Shown here in pieces: positions 28,665 through 43,964 of a stretch of DNA of 64,000 nt. The translations under genes and the position numbers were made by a program. The DNA is from the human T2T-CHM13v2.0 reference genome, Homo sapiens. Position 1 is the first letter of the stretch, and each line of letters begins with the position of its first letter. Below the pieces are notes generated by a model that was not told the origin of the DNA, did no database searches, and saw only the letters and a list, made by a program, of their open reading frames with translations. The DNA lies in assembly GCF_009914755.1 (NCBI RefSeq), contig NC_060936.1. One strand, written 5' to 3'.

Positions 28665-29185
28665 CAGTGATCCCCAATCTTTTTGGCACCAGGGACCAGT
28701 TTCATGGAAGACAATTTTTGCATGAACTGGGGATGGTTGTGGGGTAGTTTTGGGATGTATTACATTTATTGCATACTTTATTTATATTGTTAACACATTG
28801 TAATATATAATGAAATGATTATACAACTCACCATAATGTAGAATCAGTGGGAGCCCTGAGCTTGTTTTCCTGCAACTAGATAGTCCCATCTGGGGGTGAT
28901 GGGAGACAATGACAGATCATCAGGCATTAGATTCTTATAAGGAGCATGCAACCTAGATCCCTCGCATGCACAGTTCACAACAGGGTTCACACTCCTATCA
29001 GAATCTAATGCTGCCACTGATCTGACAGAAGGAGGAGCTCACACAGTAATTTGAGCAATGGGGAGTGGCTATAAATACAGATGAAGCTTTGCTCACTTGT
29101 CCTCTACTCACCTCCTGGTGTGCAGCCTGGTTCCTAACAGGCCATGGACCGCTACAGGTCTGTGACCCAGGGTAGGGGACCCCTG
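28665..29185 (+). mobile_element. MER1A hAT-Charlie non-autonomous transposon
   Basis: CAGTGATCCCCAATCTTTTTGGCACCAGGGACCAG...GGGGACCCCTG; 8-bp TSD TTCTAGAG / CTCTGGAG matching the Charlie NTCTAGAN target. Confidence 0.92.
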
Positions 29186-29232
29186 CTCTGGAGAGTGAGG
29201 TAAAGATTCAAGAAAATCTATATGAGATTGGA

Positions 29233-29476
29233 AGCTGGGCATGGCGGCTCATGCCTGTAATCCCAGCACTTTGAGAAGCTGAGGTGGGTGGATCACTTGA
29301 TCCCAGGAGTTTCAGACCAGCCTGGGTAACCTAGCCAGACCTCATCTCTATTAAAAAAAAATACAAGAATTAGCTGGGTGTGGGAGGATCACTTGAGCTC
29401 AAGAGGCGGAGTTACAATGAGCCAGGATGGTGCCACTGCATTCCAGCCTGGGCGACAGAGTGGGACTCTGTACCAA
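29233..29476 (+). mobile_element. AluJ with a right-arm internal deletion
   Basis: Left arm intact, then TAGCTGGGTGTGGGAGGATCACTTGAGC (about 40-45 bp missing); TSD AAGAAAATCTA(TA)TGAGATTG on both sides. Confidence 0.9.
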
Positions 29477-29679
29477 AGAAAATCTATGAGATTGTGACAG
29501 TTCATCATTCCTCATGCAAGATCTACCTTTTTCACTAAATAGGTCTGTACTTTTATTGTACAATTCCACATTATATTTGGCTATAGATATTTCACCATAA
29601 AACAGCAGGCTCCAGTTTTGTACTGATCTTTGGTTAAGTAAACATTTTCACATGACCTAGAAATGTTAAAGTGTAATAA

Positions 29680-30028
<349 letters not shown>

Positions 30029-30827
30029 TGCATGCATTTTTATGTGGCTTCCACTTCACTCTAGAAACTTCCCCTGCACCTGTCTCAATTCCTCTCTTCT
30101 CACCCCTTGTTAATTGCAGAGTCTCTGTAATAAAACATGTGATGTTATATTAAATCTGAGTGTGAATTTGCCCTCCCTCCCTAAATTGTAGACTCCTTCA
30201 GTTCTGGGACTCATTATGCCGAGTATTGTCCCTGGCATGTTGATCACTCTCAGAGAGTGGTTCTTGAACTGAATTTCTTCTCACTGTGATTTCCCCCTCC
30301 CCTTCCTATGCAGGGCATTCCTCCTTTTATTCTTCTGCATCTGCAGTGGCCCTTTGGGCTGCTGTTTAGCTGTGTGCTTGCATTTGCCTTGGAGACTGAA
30401 TGTCAGCATGGGGCTTGGGATAGAAAGTGGAGTCAAATGACCGGTCTGTTTAAGAAAGAGTTAAGCCTCCAGCATTAGCTGTAAATATCCAGCTAAGAGA
30501 GAATTCCCAGAGTTCACAATCTCATCTTAATGAAGATTTCTCCTGATAAGAGCAGCAGGTAAACGTCCCCCCAACCTGAAGAAGCAGCATTCACCCTCCA
30601 AATTACAAGCATTTTCTGGAGTGTGATATTTGTTTGTTTGTTTAGTTGACAAGTATTTATAGTGCCTACATGTGGTGGACACTTCCTTGCCTGATGGGCT
30701 AGAAACCAGCCAGCTGAATTAATCTCTGCGTAGCAGAAAAATATTACAAAAGGAGCTTAAAATCCTAAAAAAACCACAAAATACAGGGGTGGGGCTTTTA
30801 ATATTTCACCATTTTAAAACAGATTTT

Positions 30828-31050
30828 TGGATGGGAACAGTAGGCACTGGGGAATATATGAGGGAGGAGGAAGTGAGAGGGGCAAGGGTGGAAACACTGG
30901 GTACCATGCTCACTACGTGGGTGACAGGTTTAATCATACCCCGAACCTCAACATCACACAGTATGCCTTAGTAACACACCTGCACATGTATACCCTGAAT
31001 CTAAAATAAAAGCTGAAGTTTTAAGAATAAAGATAAATAAAATAAAATAA
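30828..31050 (+). mobile_element. L1PA-old/L1PB 3' end
   Basis: GGGTACCATGCTCACTACGTGGGTGACAGG...CCTGCACATGTATACCCTGAATCTAAAATAAAAG plus A-rich tail. Confidence 0.85.
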
Positions 31051-31181
31051 ATGGCTTTTTTTGTTGTTGTAAGCTAAAACCGAAATGTTTTGACTTCTTC
31101 AAAAGCCACATATCTCCCCCTCCCCCAAAGACATTCTTTTTCTCAGTTCCAAAGGATGATTTTAAAAGTTCGAAGTGGAAA

Positions 31182-31510
31182 GGCTGGGCACAGTGGCTCA
31201 TGCCTGTAATCCCAGCACTTTGGGAGGTTGAGGTGGGAGAATTGCTTGAGCCCAGGAGTTCAAGACCAGCCTGGGCAACATAGAGAGACCCTGTCTCTAA
31301 AAAAAATAAATAAATAAAATAAATAAAAAAATTAGCCTAACATGGTGGTTCATACCTATAGTCTCAGCCACTCTGGAGGCTGAGGTGGAAGGATAGCTTG
31401 AACCTGGGAGGTCGAGGCTGCAGTGAGTCATGATCGTGCCTTTGCACTCAACCTGGGCAACAGAGTAAGATCCTGTCTCAAAAAACAAACAAACAAACAA
31501 ACAAAAAAAA
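31182..31510 (+). mobile_element. AluJ with (AAAC)n tail
   Basis: GCTTGAGCCCAGGAGTTCAAG and GAGGTCGAGGCTGCAGTGAG J diagnostics; TSD-like AAAAGTTCGAAGTGGAAA / AAAAGTCAAAGTGAAAA. Confidence 0.93.
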
Positions 31511-32542
31511 GTCAAAGTGAAAACTAGCTTTTTATGGGTTTTATCATAATTTCCCCTGTTATATTTGTTGAACTATAGTTTAAAAGAAAAAAAGCGATTT
31601 CATCCCTCCACTCCCCGTATAAATGTTTGAGTTTCTGGACTTTGGGAAAACTGTTCAACTCTTTTAAATATCCTATTTCTTATTTCTTTAAATATCTTTG
31701 ATATTTTATCTTTTATGAGTTGTTTAAGGTTTACAACTGTGTTGCAGAAATATTTACAACAAATGAAAGTGATGTTGACTATTTTGTGGAGGATTTCTTT
31801 TTTATTTAATTGATTTCTAAAGCTTTCTAAATATATATTTTTGAACAAGTGGCATTTGTATGTTTGTTTAAGATGCTAGAACTCTGATACAGAGATCAGG
31901 AGACCTGAGCTGAGTCCGACCTTTGCTGCTTTCTAGTGAGAGAGAGAGGGCATATCACAGTCATCGGGGCAATGTGGCAAGCAGACATACCTAAGTTGGA
32001 AACCCCATTCTGGCCTCTCTCATTTTCCCATCCTTTTCTGCCACATAGCCCACTTCAGCTCCCATCAGTCATTCTCATTGCCAAAGAACTTTTATTTATA
32101 GAATTTGACCCACTTTTTTTCAGAAGGTAATTGGAGTTGATGTCGCCAAAATGACTTACTGTTGCTTTGGTTTTATCTTAATGACTAGCTGTGTCACGCT
32201 GAGCCAATCTGTTAACTCATTTTTAAAATGAAATGGGCTAAACTCTAATGACCTCTCTGGCTGTAAAATTTAATAACATTATATATACTTTCCTGGGGAA
32301 AAAAGTATTAGACAGTCGAATATACTTTAGATAGTCAAAGTAGGATCAAATGGACTTTCTTTAGTGATGATTCTATACCTTCTCAATTTCTGACCCTCTT
32401 TGAATCTTTAGGAGACATTCCAGTTCAGTCTTTTGTGCATTTATTTATTTAACAAATATTGAGTCAATAAAGTGGGTTATAAAGATAACTAAAATATTGT
32501 GTGCACTGCTGAGATGTTTCCTGAAGAGGTAGCAAGGTAAAC

Positions 32543-32844
<302 letters not shown>

Positions 32845-33015
32845 TAAACATTGTAATATAACAACATATAGAGAAATATGAAAAGAAATGACTGGGAACT
32901 TCTGGGATTTTTTTTAATCTCACATCAGGATGGGCATTTATGAACAAGGAATAAGGTTAAGTGTTTTCCCTCTATTTCCCCTGCCTCCTGCCTCACCACA
33001 TACAGACACACAAAT

Positions 33016-33016
<1 letters not shown>

Positions 33017-33048
<32 letters not shown>
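33017..33048. repeat. (CA)16 microsatellite
   Basis: Direct reading. Confidence 0.95.
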
Positions 33049-33051
<3 letters not shown>

Positions 33052-33628
33052 ATTGCAATTTAACATATACAAAGTCCCATTATGTGCAAAGCACATTGAC
33101 TTTGCAAAGTATGTGAGAAAGGCATAGTCTATTGGATCAAGTAATATCATATATACCCCATAAAAGAGGTAAGATCAATTTATAAATGTCTGCACTGACA
33201 GTAAGATGAAATACGTACCATAAATGAGGTCTAAAAACATTGCTTAGGGGTCTCCTAATGAGAGGGCACTGCCGGTTAGAACATCAAGGAAGAGGCTGGC
33301 ACTTCAAATAGACTTCCAAAGTAACTGAGAAGTTTCAACCAAGTATTAGGTCTCTTGTAACTATTGACTTTCAAAGTGAAATTTTTAACTCAGAGTAAAG
33401 TTATATATAATAAGTAATAAACTTACTTATTATTTCTCTTTTTGAAATGGTGCATTTCTTCTTCTACTTAAACGTGTTTCAGATATTTGATGTGAATGAG
33501 CAGTTCTGGCCAATGGAAGCCCTCTTAATGGACTCCCCAGTTTGCCTGGGTCCTTCCATTCGCACTGGTCAGTCCCTATGTTTACCAAGAGTCACAGGAG
33601 TTTTTATTTATATAAAAATTAAATTGTA

Positions 33629-33927
33629 GGCCTGTCACAGTGGCTGACACCTGTAATCCTAGTACTTTGGGAGGCCAAGGCAGGTGGATCACTTGAGGTC
33701 AGGAGTCCCAGACCAGCCTCACCAATATGGTGATACCCCATCTCTACTAAAAATGCAAAATCAGCTGGGCATGGTGGTGGGTGCCTGTAATCCCAGCTAC
33801 TCAGGAGGCTGAGGCAGGAGAATTGCTTGAATCCTGAATCCAGGAGGTGGAGGGTGCAGTGAGCTGAGATCATGCCACTGCACTCCAGCTTGGGTGACAG
33901 AATGAGACTCTGTTTCAAAAAAAAAAA
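33629..33927 (+). mobile_element. AluS (Sz/Sx-like)
   Basis: Full dimer with A tail; small internal duplication TGAATCC-TGAATCC. Confidence 0.95.
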
Positions 33928-33956
33928 TTATTTTAGAAAGGCTAAAGATGGGTCAT

Positions 33957-34333
33957 TGTATTAGTCCATTTTCACACTATTATAAAGAACTGCCTGAAAC
34001 TGGGTAATTTATAAAGGAAAGAGGTTTAATTGACACAATTCCACATGGCTGGGGAAGCCTCAGGGAACTTACAATCATGATGGAAGGAGAAGAGGCATGT
34101 CTTACATGGCAGGAGGCTAGAGAGACTAAGTGTGTGTAGGAGGAACTGTCAGACACTTATAAAACCATCAGATCTTGTGAGAACTCACTATCTCAAAAAC
34201 AGCATGGGGGAACCACCCCTATCATCCAATTACCTCCACCTGGTCTCTCCCTTGACACATGGGGATTACGGGGATTATGATGATTATAATTGAAGATGAG
34301 ATTTGGGTGGGGACACAAAGCCTAACCATATCA
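33957..34333 (-). mobile_element. THE1D-like MaLR solo LTR
   Basis: TGTATTAGTCCATTTTCACAC...GGGGACACAAAGCCTAACCATATCA; perfect TSD GTCAT (33952-33956 / 34334-34338). Confidence 0.92.
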
Positions 34334-34395
34334 GTCATTTAAAAACTGCTGTTAAATTGGAAGTAGATGAAAAAAGAAGATAACAATCTTGGGAA

Positions 34396-34683
34396 GGCTG
34401 GGTGCGATGGCTCACACCTGTAGTCTCAACACTTTGGGAGGCTGAAGTGGGAGGATTGCTTGAGCCCAGGAGTTTGAGACCAGCCTGGGAAACATAGCAA
34501 GACTTCTTGTCTATAAAAAATTAAAAAATTAGCTGGGTGTGATGGCATGTACCTGTGATCTCAGCTACTCACAAGGCTAAGGTGGGAGGATCTCTTGAGC
34601 TTAGGAGTTCAAGGCTGCAGCGAGCTGTGATTGTGCCACTGTATTCCAGCCTGGGATATACAGCAAGACCCTGTCTCAAAAAA
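34396..34683 (+). mobile_element. AluJ
   Basis: GGAGGATTGCTTGAGCCCAGGAGTTTGAG; short tail. Confidence 0.93.
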
Positions 34684-35914
34684 TATTTTTTGGGAGAAAA
34701 AGTAAAGGAAAAAAAAACAACCCTCCATTCAGCAGAACCACACTTAACAAAAAAGCTTTGACTTTACATAAAAAGTTTGGTTAAAATAAAACATTGAGTT
34801 TAGATATATATCATTTTTACAATCCTTTGTATCAATTGACCTTTTCAAATGAAATTTCCAAATTGTTTTGTATAAGAGGGCCTCTATCCTAATTTTATCT
34901 TAACTTTAAGTCCTTTTACATTAGTGCAGACTTTATCAGAGCCTATAGTGCAGGCGTTCTGCAATAGTTCATTGGTTTGATTGATTGCTCTGGGATGTAC
35001 ATTTATCGTTAAGATTAAACTCCAGTTCTCACAAGGCCAAAACAGCCATGAGACCAGCATTATGAATTCTGATAAAAGAGAAGGAGGAAAGAGAGACTCT
35101 TTAAATCACCTGTCCTGAATATTTTCTTCTCATTCTACATTTTCTCTAAGGGCAATCCCTTCTCTCTTCCACTTCTACTTTTCTCTTGTATGCTAACTTG
35201 CAAATCTGTATTTTCTGCTCCCAATTCTCCATGTATTTCTTACTGACAATTGTATATCTTTCACCTGATTTCACACAACCATTGACTATTAATTATGACA
35301 CTTCTCAACTATATTATAATAGTTGGCTAATACCATAATTGCTAGTTTATATTAATGTTCATCTCCAGCTCCCCAAACAGCCTTTCCAAATATCAGCTTA
35401 GCCAATAAGCATGCATTACCCAGTGGAAAATGTACATTGTGGGAAGTGAGCCAAAACAAAGCATTTAACAAAGATTAAGCTTTCATGTCCTACTGGAAGT
35501 TTTCTTAATGAAGATGATAAGGCACAGATTACAAAACTGATCAGATTTTCTGTCATTCTCCAATCATTTGAGATTTAAATTTATTATCTCTACCACCCTG
35601 CTTGGTGCCAGTGTTTATTAATGTTAGTATTTTTCTATTTTATCTATGAAAATTTTTTTTTCAGCTAGCAGACTAATAATGGATATCCATTAATTATCTC
35701 ACTAGATTTTAGTATGCAGCATATTTTATGTTTAAAAATGTATTTTCCATATATTACTCTCTAAAAATCACTGTCAAAATATATCTGATGAAAATACCAA
35801 CATGGTTTATTTTTTTCCCCCAAAAGTTTTTCTTGATAAAGTTAAAACATAATGTTGACATCTGTGTGACTTAAACATCAGCAAACATGGTCCCCATCTC
35901 TCCCATCTCTTCTC

Positions 35915-36012
35915 TAGCATGTGAGGCATTTGAGTTCAGGCCTCTGTCTAATCTGTCCCCGCCCCTAGCACAAAGCTTGGCACATACAAGTGCTCAATAA
36001 ATGTTTATTAAG
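35915..36012 (+). mobile_element. L2 3' end fragment
   Basis: CCTAGCACAAAGCTTGGCACATACAAGTGCTCAATAAATGTTTATT. Confidence 0.7.
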
Positions 36013-36024
36013 ATAGACTATGGT

Positions 36025-36388
<364 letters not shown>

Positions 36389-36549
36389 TCAGGCAATTCA
36401 TACCTAAGTTCTATTTTAGATAATGGCCTATCCAATTTAGACTAGCTAAAATTCTAAGCTTTTAGTAATATACCTAGTATTCTTAGACATTAAAAGAGAT
36501 AAAGACATATTTGTACATTTTATGTGGCTGACTTTATAAACTAATCCAG

Positions 36550-37165
<616 letters not shown>

Positions 37166-38619
37166 TGTTATTAGACATGAAATGGTTCTCATTGGTAATT
37201 TAGCACTTTGCTCAAATCCTCTTATTGTCTCATTTGACAAATCAGGACCCAGAGAAGTTAAATGCCTTATATAATTCATAGATAAGCTCATAGTGAACAA
37301 GGTGTTAGATGCTGTGATATTTTGGTTTTACTAAATTCAATAATTAATTTCATAAGACCAGATTGACCTTCTACTATATAAAAAGTCCTATGCTGCATAT
37401 GAAGCCAGTGAAAGTCCTTGATAGGATGAGCCAATGGTTCACTGGGGGTATTTAGGTTAGATTCATTCGAGGAAGTTACTTTGAAAGCAACTTCATGTGC
37501 CCAGGAAGCTATTTTTGTTACAGTTTTGCATTGTGTGGTTTACCAATTCCTACACATTTCTTGAAGAGTTTAGTCTAGATTACTATTTGAAATAATACAC
37601 TAGTTTTATTTAGTTTGCTTTTCAAAATGTATTTCTTAATGTTTATCTCTAACTTTGAAGTTATTAATATTTTCTGAGGAAGTCAGATCTGTAAAGCTGT
37701 GGTCAATATCGGTGATTCCCTCGATTGGCTGCAGGTCAGGATTCCCTGGGGGAAGAGTTTTTAAAAACATATGAATATTGGGCTCCAACTCTAACCTATT
37801 TAGTCCTATGGAATCAGTATGTTTTAAGGTGGGGCCCAGAATATCTGCTTTTAAACTCTCCCTTCCACCTCCAACCTCCAGGATTTGCAGCTAAGTGTGA
37901 GCCCTGCTGCACGAATCCATCACCATCTGGTGGAAGTTAACTGAAGTGCAGGCCCAAGTTCCTGGGTAAATAGCCTTTTGGATAATGGCCATTTTGACCA
38001 GGCTTCACAGATGTCAAAGTCATCCGGTGATAACTATTCTATTACATTTTGCTGCCTGACAAATAAAAGAGAAGCAGTTAAATCAGAGAGCTGAATTTGG
38101 GGATGTTCTGTGTATTTAATTTATTCATAATAGTTCAGGTTCCTACTAACAGAAAGAATGGGCTTGGCAGGAGGAGCATGCGGCTACCCATGTCTCGAAT
38201 TGGAGGTGAATTTCTGCCAGAATCCAAGCTCACTGCTTTCCTTAGCTTGCACTTTGTCCATCTGAATTGGCTTCAATCACAGTAATACTTTTAACCTACA
38301 ATTGGTTATATAGAACATTGTCTTTTGTAAAAACTAACTGGCAAGAAGGTTAGTGACTTTCAAAGTATTATTTTTCTTGGTTAAATGCAGTGTTTTGGTT
38401 TTCTCAGCTGGCTGACTTTTGTCACTTACATTACAGTTCTATATTCTTGGTTCTCTTGCCCCAGAATGAGGTTCTTGATGATTCAGCTGCCATTTGCCTT
38501 TTCCTCTCCATTGCTGCTTCTTCCCTTGCCTCTCTAAGTGTGCCAGTTTCTGATTTGCATATGGGAAATTTTTCTTTCCATTTCAATTTGTTTTTTTCCC
38601 CTAGATTTCTTGTTTTCTT

Positions 38620-38903
38620 GTTGAGACAGTGTCTCATTCTGTTGCCCAGGCTGGAGTACAGTGGTGCGATCTCAGCTCGTTGCAGACTCACCTCCTGGGT
38701 TCAAGTGATTCTGGTGCCTCAGCCTCCCTAGCAGCTGGGACTACAGACATGCACCACCATGCTCGGCTAATTTTTGTATTTTTAGTAGAGACTGGGTTTT
38801 GCCATGTTGGCCAGGCTGGTCTCAAACTCCTAGACTCAAGTGATCTGCCTGCCTCAGCTTCTCAAAGTGCTAGGATTACAGGGGTGAGCCACTGTGCCAG
38901 GCT
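38620..38903 (-). mobile_element. AluJb/Sz-like, antisense
   Basis: TGAGACAGTGTCTCATTCTGTTGCCCAGGCTGG...GTGAGCCACTGTGCCAGGC; TSD-like TTTCTTGTTT. Confidence 0.93.
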
Positions 38904-41900
38904 GAGCTTTCTTGTTTAATACTTTTCTGTAGGAGTACTAAGACAAAACAATCAATCTATGTTTCACATAGAGAAGAATTACTAACCCAAGTCCCTCCAA
39001 GGACCAGAAGAACACAAATGATCAGGCAAGCAGGTCATGGCTGGGACAAAGGTGCAAGAAAAATACATCTGGCTGGATGTTGTCTTGCTAGGATATAGGC
39101 TGAGGGGTACCAGACCACCCAGTATTTCAACAGAAGATAGTAACCCAAAATTTTAAGTGCAATATCCTGGTTTTAAAATTTTGGCATCAAATTCAATTAC
39201 TTCTTAAAACTCTTTGAAGGAAAAAAAATAGAGTAGTGAGTAGAAAGGGCCTACAGTGCCTTCTTGCACACCCATAGAAATGATGCTGCCCTTCCTGTTC
39301 TTATCTCCAACCCCCCGCCCCCCGCCTACTTCCCTGGGGGATTGGTTCTCACTGTTGCTTGAGTTTTAGTCACCTCCTCTAAGGAGGGCCACCAAAACAA
39401 TAGGGTTCAGGGCTTTCCTGGGTCAACTTCAGGGCAGTCGAGATTGTACTCAGAGTTGAGTGGTGGGGAATTCAGGTGGAAATTTTTCCCTCAGCTTCAT
39501 GTTTCCATGGGAAGGGACGTGAAAGAAAGAGTGTCATCTTCTCCTTTCTGCTTCTTCACTCATTTCTTCCCAGAGGTGAAGGAGTGAATTTTCTGAGTGG
39601 AAACATGGAAACAGGAATAGGACATGTAGCTGAGTGCCATCTTTTCTCTCTCCTTTTTAAGCCAAGAACCCATTCTGCTCTGCTTCTCCATGTTTTAAGT
39701 GGGATGTCTGCAGTAGCAGTGCTGTCTGTGACCCAGTGAGTAGGTCTTTGTAATCACTGGCTTTGAAATTAGGAAACCCATTGTTGTCGCATGTCTAAGC
39801 TAGGTTTTCCAAAAGTCTAATAAAGCTGACACTTTAGTCTCCACTGCGTGACTCTTTTGTCTCTTAATTCATTCAAAACTCCAGCAGTGAATGAGGTATA
39901 CTTTCCAATCTCAAATATCAATGTTTAGAATCTTTGAAATTAAATATACCCGAATCCCAAACCTGTTCTGTAATAATCTATTTTTCTGTGCTTCACAGGA
40001 GGGATATGTAGGATTCTGGTTCCATCTTTTCTCCTGTGTCCCAAGGATGGGTCGACTGAATTGTATCCTAGAGAGCTGGATATCAGAGTTTTCTTCAGCC
40101 GTCAGGGCTTACAATCAGTATGTTTTTAAGGTACCCTTCTAAGATCTTTTCTATGTAGGCATCAAACTTGGGTTTGTGTCCTCTTATTACTCTGTGATTG
40201 TTAACTGTCTTGTTATTTTCTTCCTCCTGGTAAATTCATAGGCTTGTGTTATCATATTTATCTCTTTGATGTTAGGCCAGAAAGTGGGACCAACACTTTT
40301 CGTCTTATCATCAAACGTCATCAATCATCAAATGTTTGTATCAGAAACATTTGTTTTCTTTCAAATCTTTTATACACGCACATATGCAAAGGGTAGCAGA
40401 AAGAGAGAAGGGAGGCCAGTGTATAGTGTACCTCAGATTCTATTTATGTTAATCAAAGCAAGTTCCATTCAACTGGACTCATTACGAACTGTGAAGATCA
40501 TTGCCAGGGCTTAAAAAGAAAAGCCAGCAATGGAAATAAAGCATCACCAGCAATGAAAAGAAAAAAAATGTAGGATTTTATGAAGAGGACCATAAACTTG
40601 CAACCAGAGAGAAAAAATTACATTATTCTTATGTTGTCATTATTTACCAAAGCTTAGCATGTGGTACTCATCACTGCCCACTAACCATATGTTAAGTTCA
40701 GGATATAAGATTTCACTGATGGCCTTATAATCCTCATACTTCTGTGGAAGAGGGTCTTCCCAGGAATGTGGTAGGGATCCTTACCAACCTCACTCTGCAG
40801 CTCCTGCCCCTCTGCTAGCCCCTTCCATTATAATCTATGGAATACTTATTTATTCAGAAAGAAATTTCACCCCCACCTTTGCTTCAAAGGCTTCTTCCAC
40901 TTTCCCCTAATTAAAATGTCTATTTTCTGTGACAGCATCATTTCCTTAGAAATTGCCTCCATTGAAAGAAATCCTGTCCTGTTGTTCACTTTATCTTGAG
41001 TCAGTTGTTTAGGAAGAAGGATGAGCCAACTCTCTTACTTTCAACTGATACTCCTATATCTTTGTTTTGCCACTATCTCTTAGCAAAATGCTTCCCCTTG
41101 AAAATGGACACAGTCTTTTGGAGAAGACCCAACCATCTAGGACATACCAATCTTGCCCAGAAACTTCAGTACCTAAGTTCCTTCTTCACTCTGTTCCATG
41201 TTAGCACCCTCGTGATGGCAACATCTGTGTTGATGGCTTCTAACATCCTGGTTTTGTTTGTTTTCAACTATGATAACCTGCCTATCTACTATTCCTTTTT
41301 CTTTTGCGTTCTTAGTCTACTTCTCCTTCCCCAACTTCTAATCATTCTTTCTCTTCTGAATCACCCAAAGCTTTTCTCAGCTTTAGGTGCTTTGATTTGT
41401 TCACAGTATTCGACGTTATTGACCAACCTCTAGGTTGTGAAATTGTCTCTTTCTTGACATTTCCATGCCCTGCTCCTTTCACTGTCTCTTTCATTATCCA
41501 TTAGTTTTCTCTTCCTCCTTTTCATCCATATTAATTCAATAACAAATATTTGTTGATGTTTCCTGCATGCCAGGAATTGTGTGAGTTAATGAGAATTTAA
41601 TTGTGTTTTCTTTCCTGTCCCCTCTTTATCTCTCCACTCTTTTCCATGGTGGTCTTGTTTATAATAATGGCTTCAACAATTGAATTAATGCATTTTACTT
41701 TGTAATTAGTATCATTAATTCTAATCTGTTCCATCTCCAAATTCTACTTTTCCAAATGCCTTGTCAGCATTTCTAACTTTGGGGCCTTTCAAAAGCCAGC
41801 TTATCTTCTTGATTTCCCTGTTTCGGGTAATAGCATTGCTTCCACGCCGACCACACTAAAACATCATGGTCTTCTCACTTATCAAGCTCTATCTATATTC

Positions 41901-41988
41901 CTCCCTAGTCAACTTTTCTAGTTTCTCTGCTGCATTTTTAGATCTCTCATTCTGGTTTAATCTGACTACCTCTTGACTATTATGATGA

Positions 41989-42206
<218 letters not shown>

Positions 42207-42594
42207 TAAATGGTTCTTTACTTCCATATGCATCCCAATCAATCTTCCTAAAGAAATCCTGTGCTTAAATTATTTTACTGTCTTCCTGTTTCCTACCAAA
42301 TAAATCCAAGTGCATTGCATAAAAACTCTTCATATCTGGTCTTAGCATATTATTCTAGACTCTTGAAGATTTATTCCATGTTCCTGAAAAAAAATCTATA
42401 ATGGGGGAAGCCTCTAGGTTTCTATTATTTTCTAAATCTAAAATATTTTTCTCTGCCTTTGCAAATCCTGTCCAGCATTGTCTATTTCAAAGGTAAACTC
42501 CTCCATTTAAGTTTTATCTGATTTACCCAATCATCATATGTTCCTTCCCTGAACACCAATAGTGCTTTGCTTCTTTCTTCTTTCTGCCATTTTC

Positions 42595-42781
42595 CCTCTG
42601 TACACGTTTGTCTCTTGTGTCCAAATTTCCCCCTTTTAATAAGGATATGATAATATTGGATTATCATCTTAACTTGGCCCTATCACCTGCAGAGACCCTA
42701 TTTCCAAATAAGGTGATACCCACAGGTAGTTGGGGTTAGGACGTCAACATCCCCTTGGGAAACACAGTTCCACTCATAACA
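42595..42781 (-). mobile_element. MLT1A/B LTR fragment
   Basis: GTGTCCAAATTTCCCCC...CTGCAGAGACCCTATTTCCAAATAAGGT...GGGGTTAGGAC...CATAACA. Confidence 0.8.
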
Positions 42782-43964
42782 GCTTCCTATTTATAGAAAC
42801 CATAATCTAGATGCAGACATGAGACTAACATAAAAAACTGATGAATAATATAAAAGAGTATATATTTAATCATTACACTGAGTGACATAAACCCTTAGGT
42901 ATGCTAAGGCAATACAAATTATGGCTTGCAGGGTCAAGAAAAACTTCATGGACAAAGGGTGATTTGAAGGTGAGCTTTTTCCTTAAGTATATATTATTCC
43001 TAAATAAGCATATTTTCTATATATTGTTACTGGTTAACGTTTTGAAATAGCTTCAGATTACTCAAGCTAATGAGACAGCTCGAACAATAGGATCAGGCTG
43101 TTAATGCAGCATGCAGTAAATGTGTGTTTCAAGGAAGAAGTTTCCAGGGAACAAGAATTGCTATGGTAACCTGATATATCATTAAAAATGTAATGAATAA
43201 ATATCATCAGGGTCTCAGATTCATCACACAGAAAAACTTCAAGACTGGGATAACGAAGTAGTTCTCACACTGATTGCTCAATGTTTTGTAAGCTAAATCA
43301 GAGTGATTGTCCATTAGCAAAAAAAGTAGTAATATTCAAATAATCCAGGACTCCATAAGGTGTATAAAAACTCCTTCAGCATAGGCTTTTCATTTAAATC
43401 ACTGCCATTTTTCAGAAAATATTAATTTTAGCTGTAAGAAATAGTTATAATAATAGACCTGATTATATGCTTTCCAAAAGAACTAATGTTTTGCCAACTC
43501 TTAAGAACACAATAGACACTGTAGTATCTTGGTGTTCAAGTATAGTATTAAGAAAGGGAATCTTTTTCTTACTACTCTTTCTTGCTGTTATAGAATCCAT
43601 GTTCCATACCCCACCTTTTCTCTTTCTCTCCTCTCATCTTTATAACTCACATACTCTTTAAGATGTATCTTGTCATTTGTTCATTTCTTGAACCTCATTG
43701 TACCTGTCTCTGGAGAAATGAGGCAGCCACTATACTGTTCTCAATGTTAAATAAAACCAGCCTCTTGGGCTGCAGATATGGAAGGGCCAGTTTGGGAAGA
43801 GGTGATAGAGAAAACATTGTGGAAAAGCCACCCCTATTACTGCTTCCATCAGATTTCATTCCAGCAGCCACTTTCTGGATCTCCCATGTGGTATTTACAC
43901 TTTCTGTTCTAAGTTTTTCTACATCCATTTCCCATGGGAAGAATGTGGAGGCAACACCAGCAAC

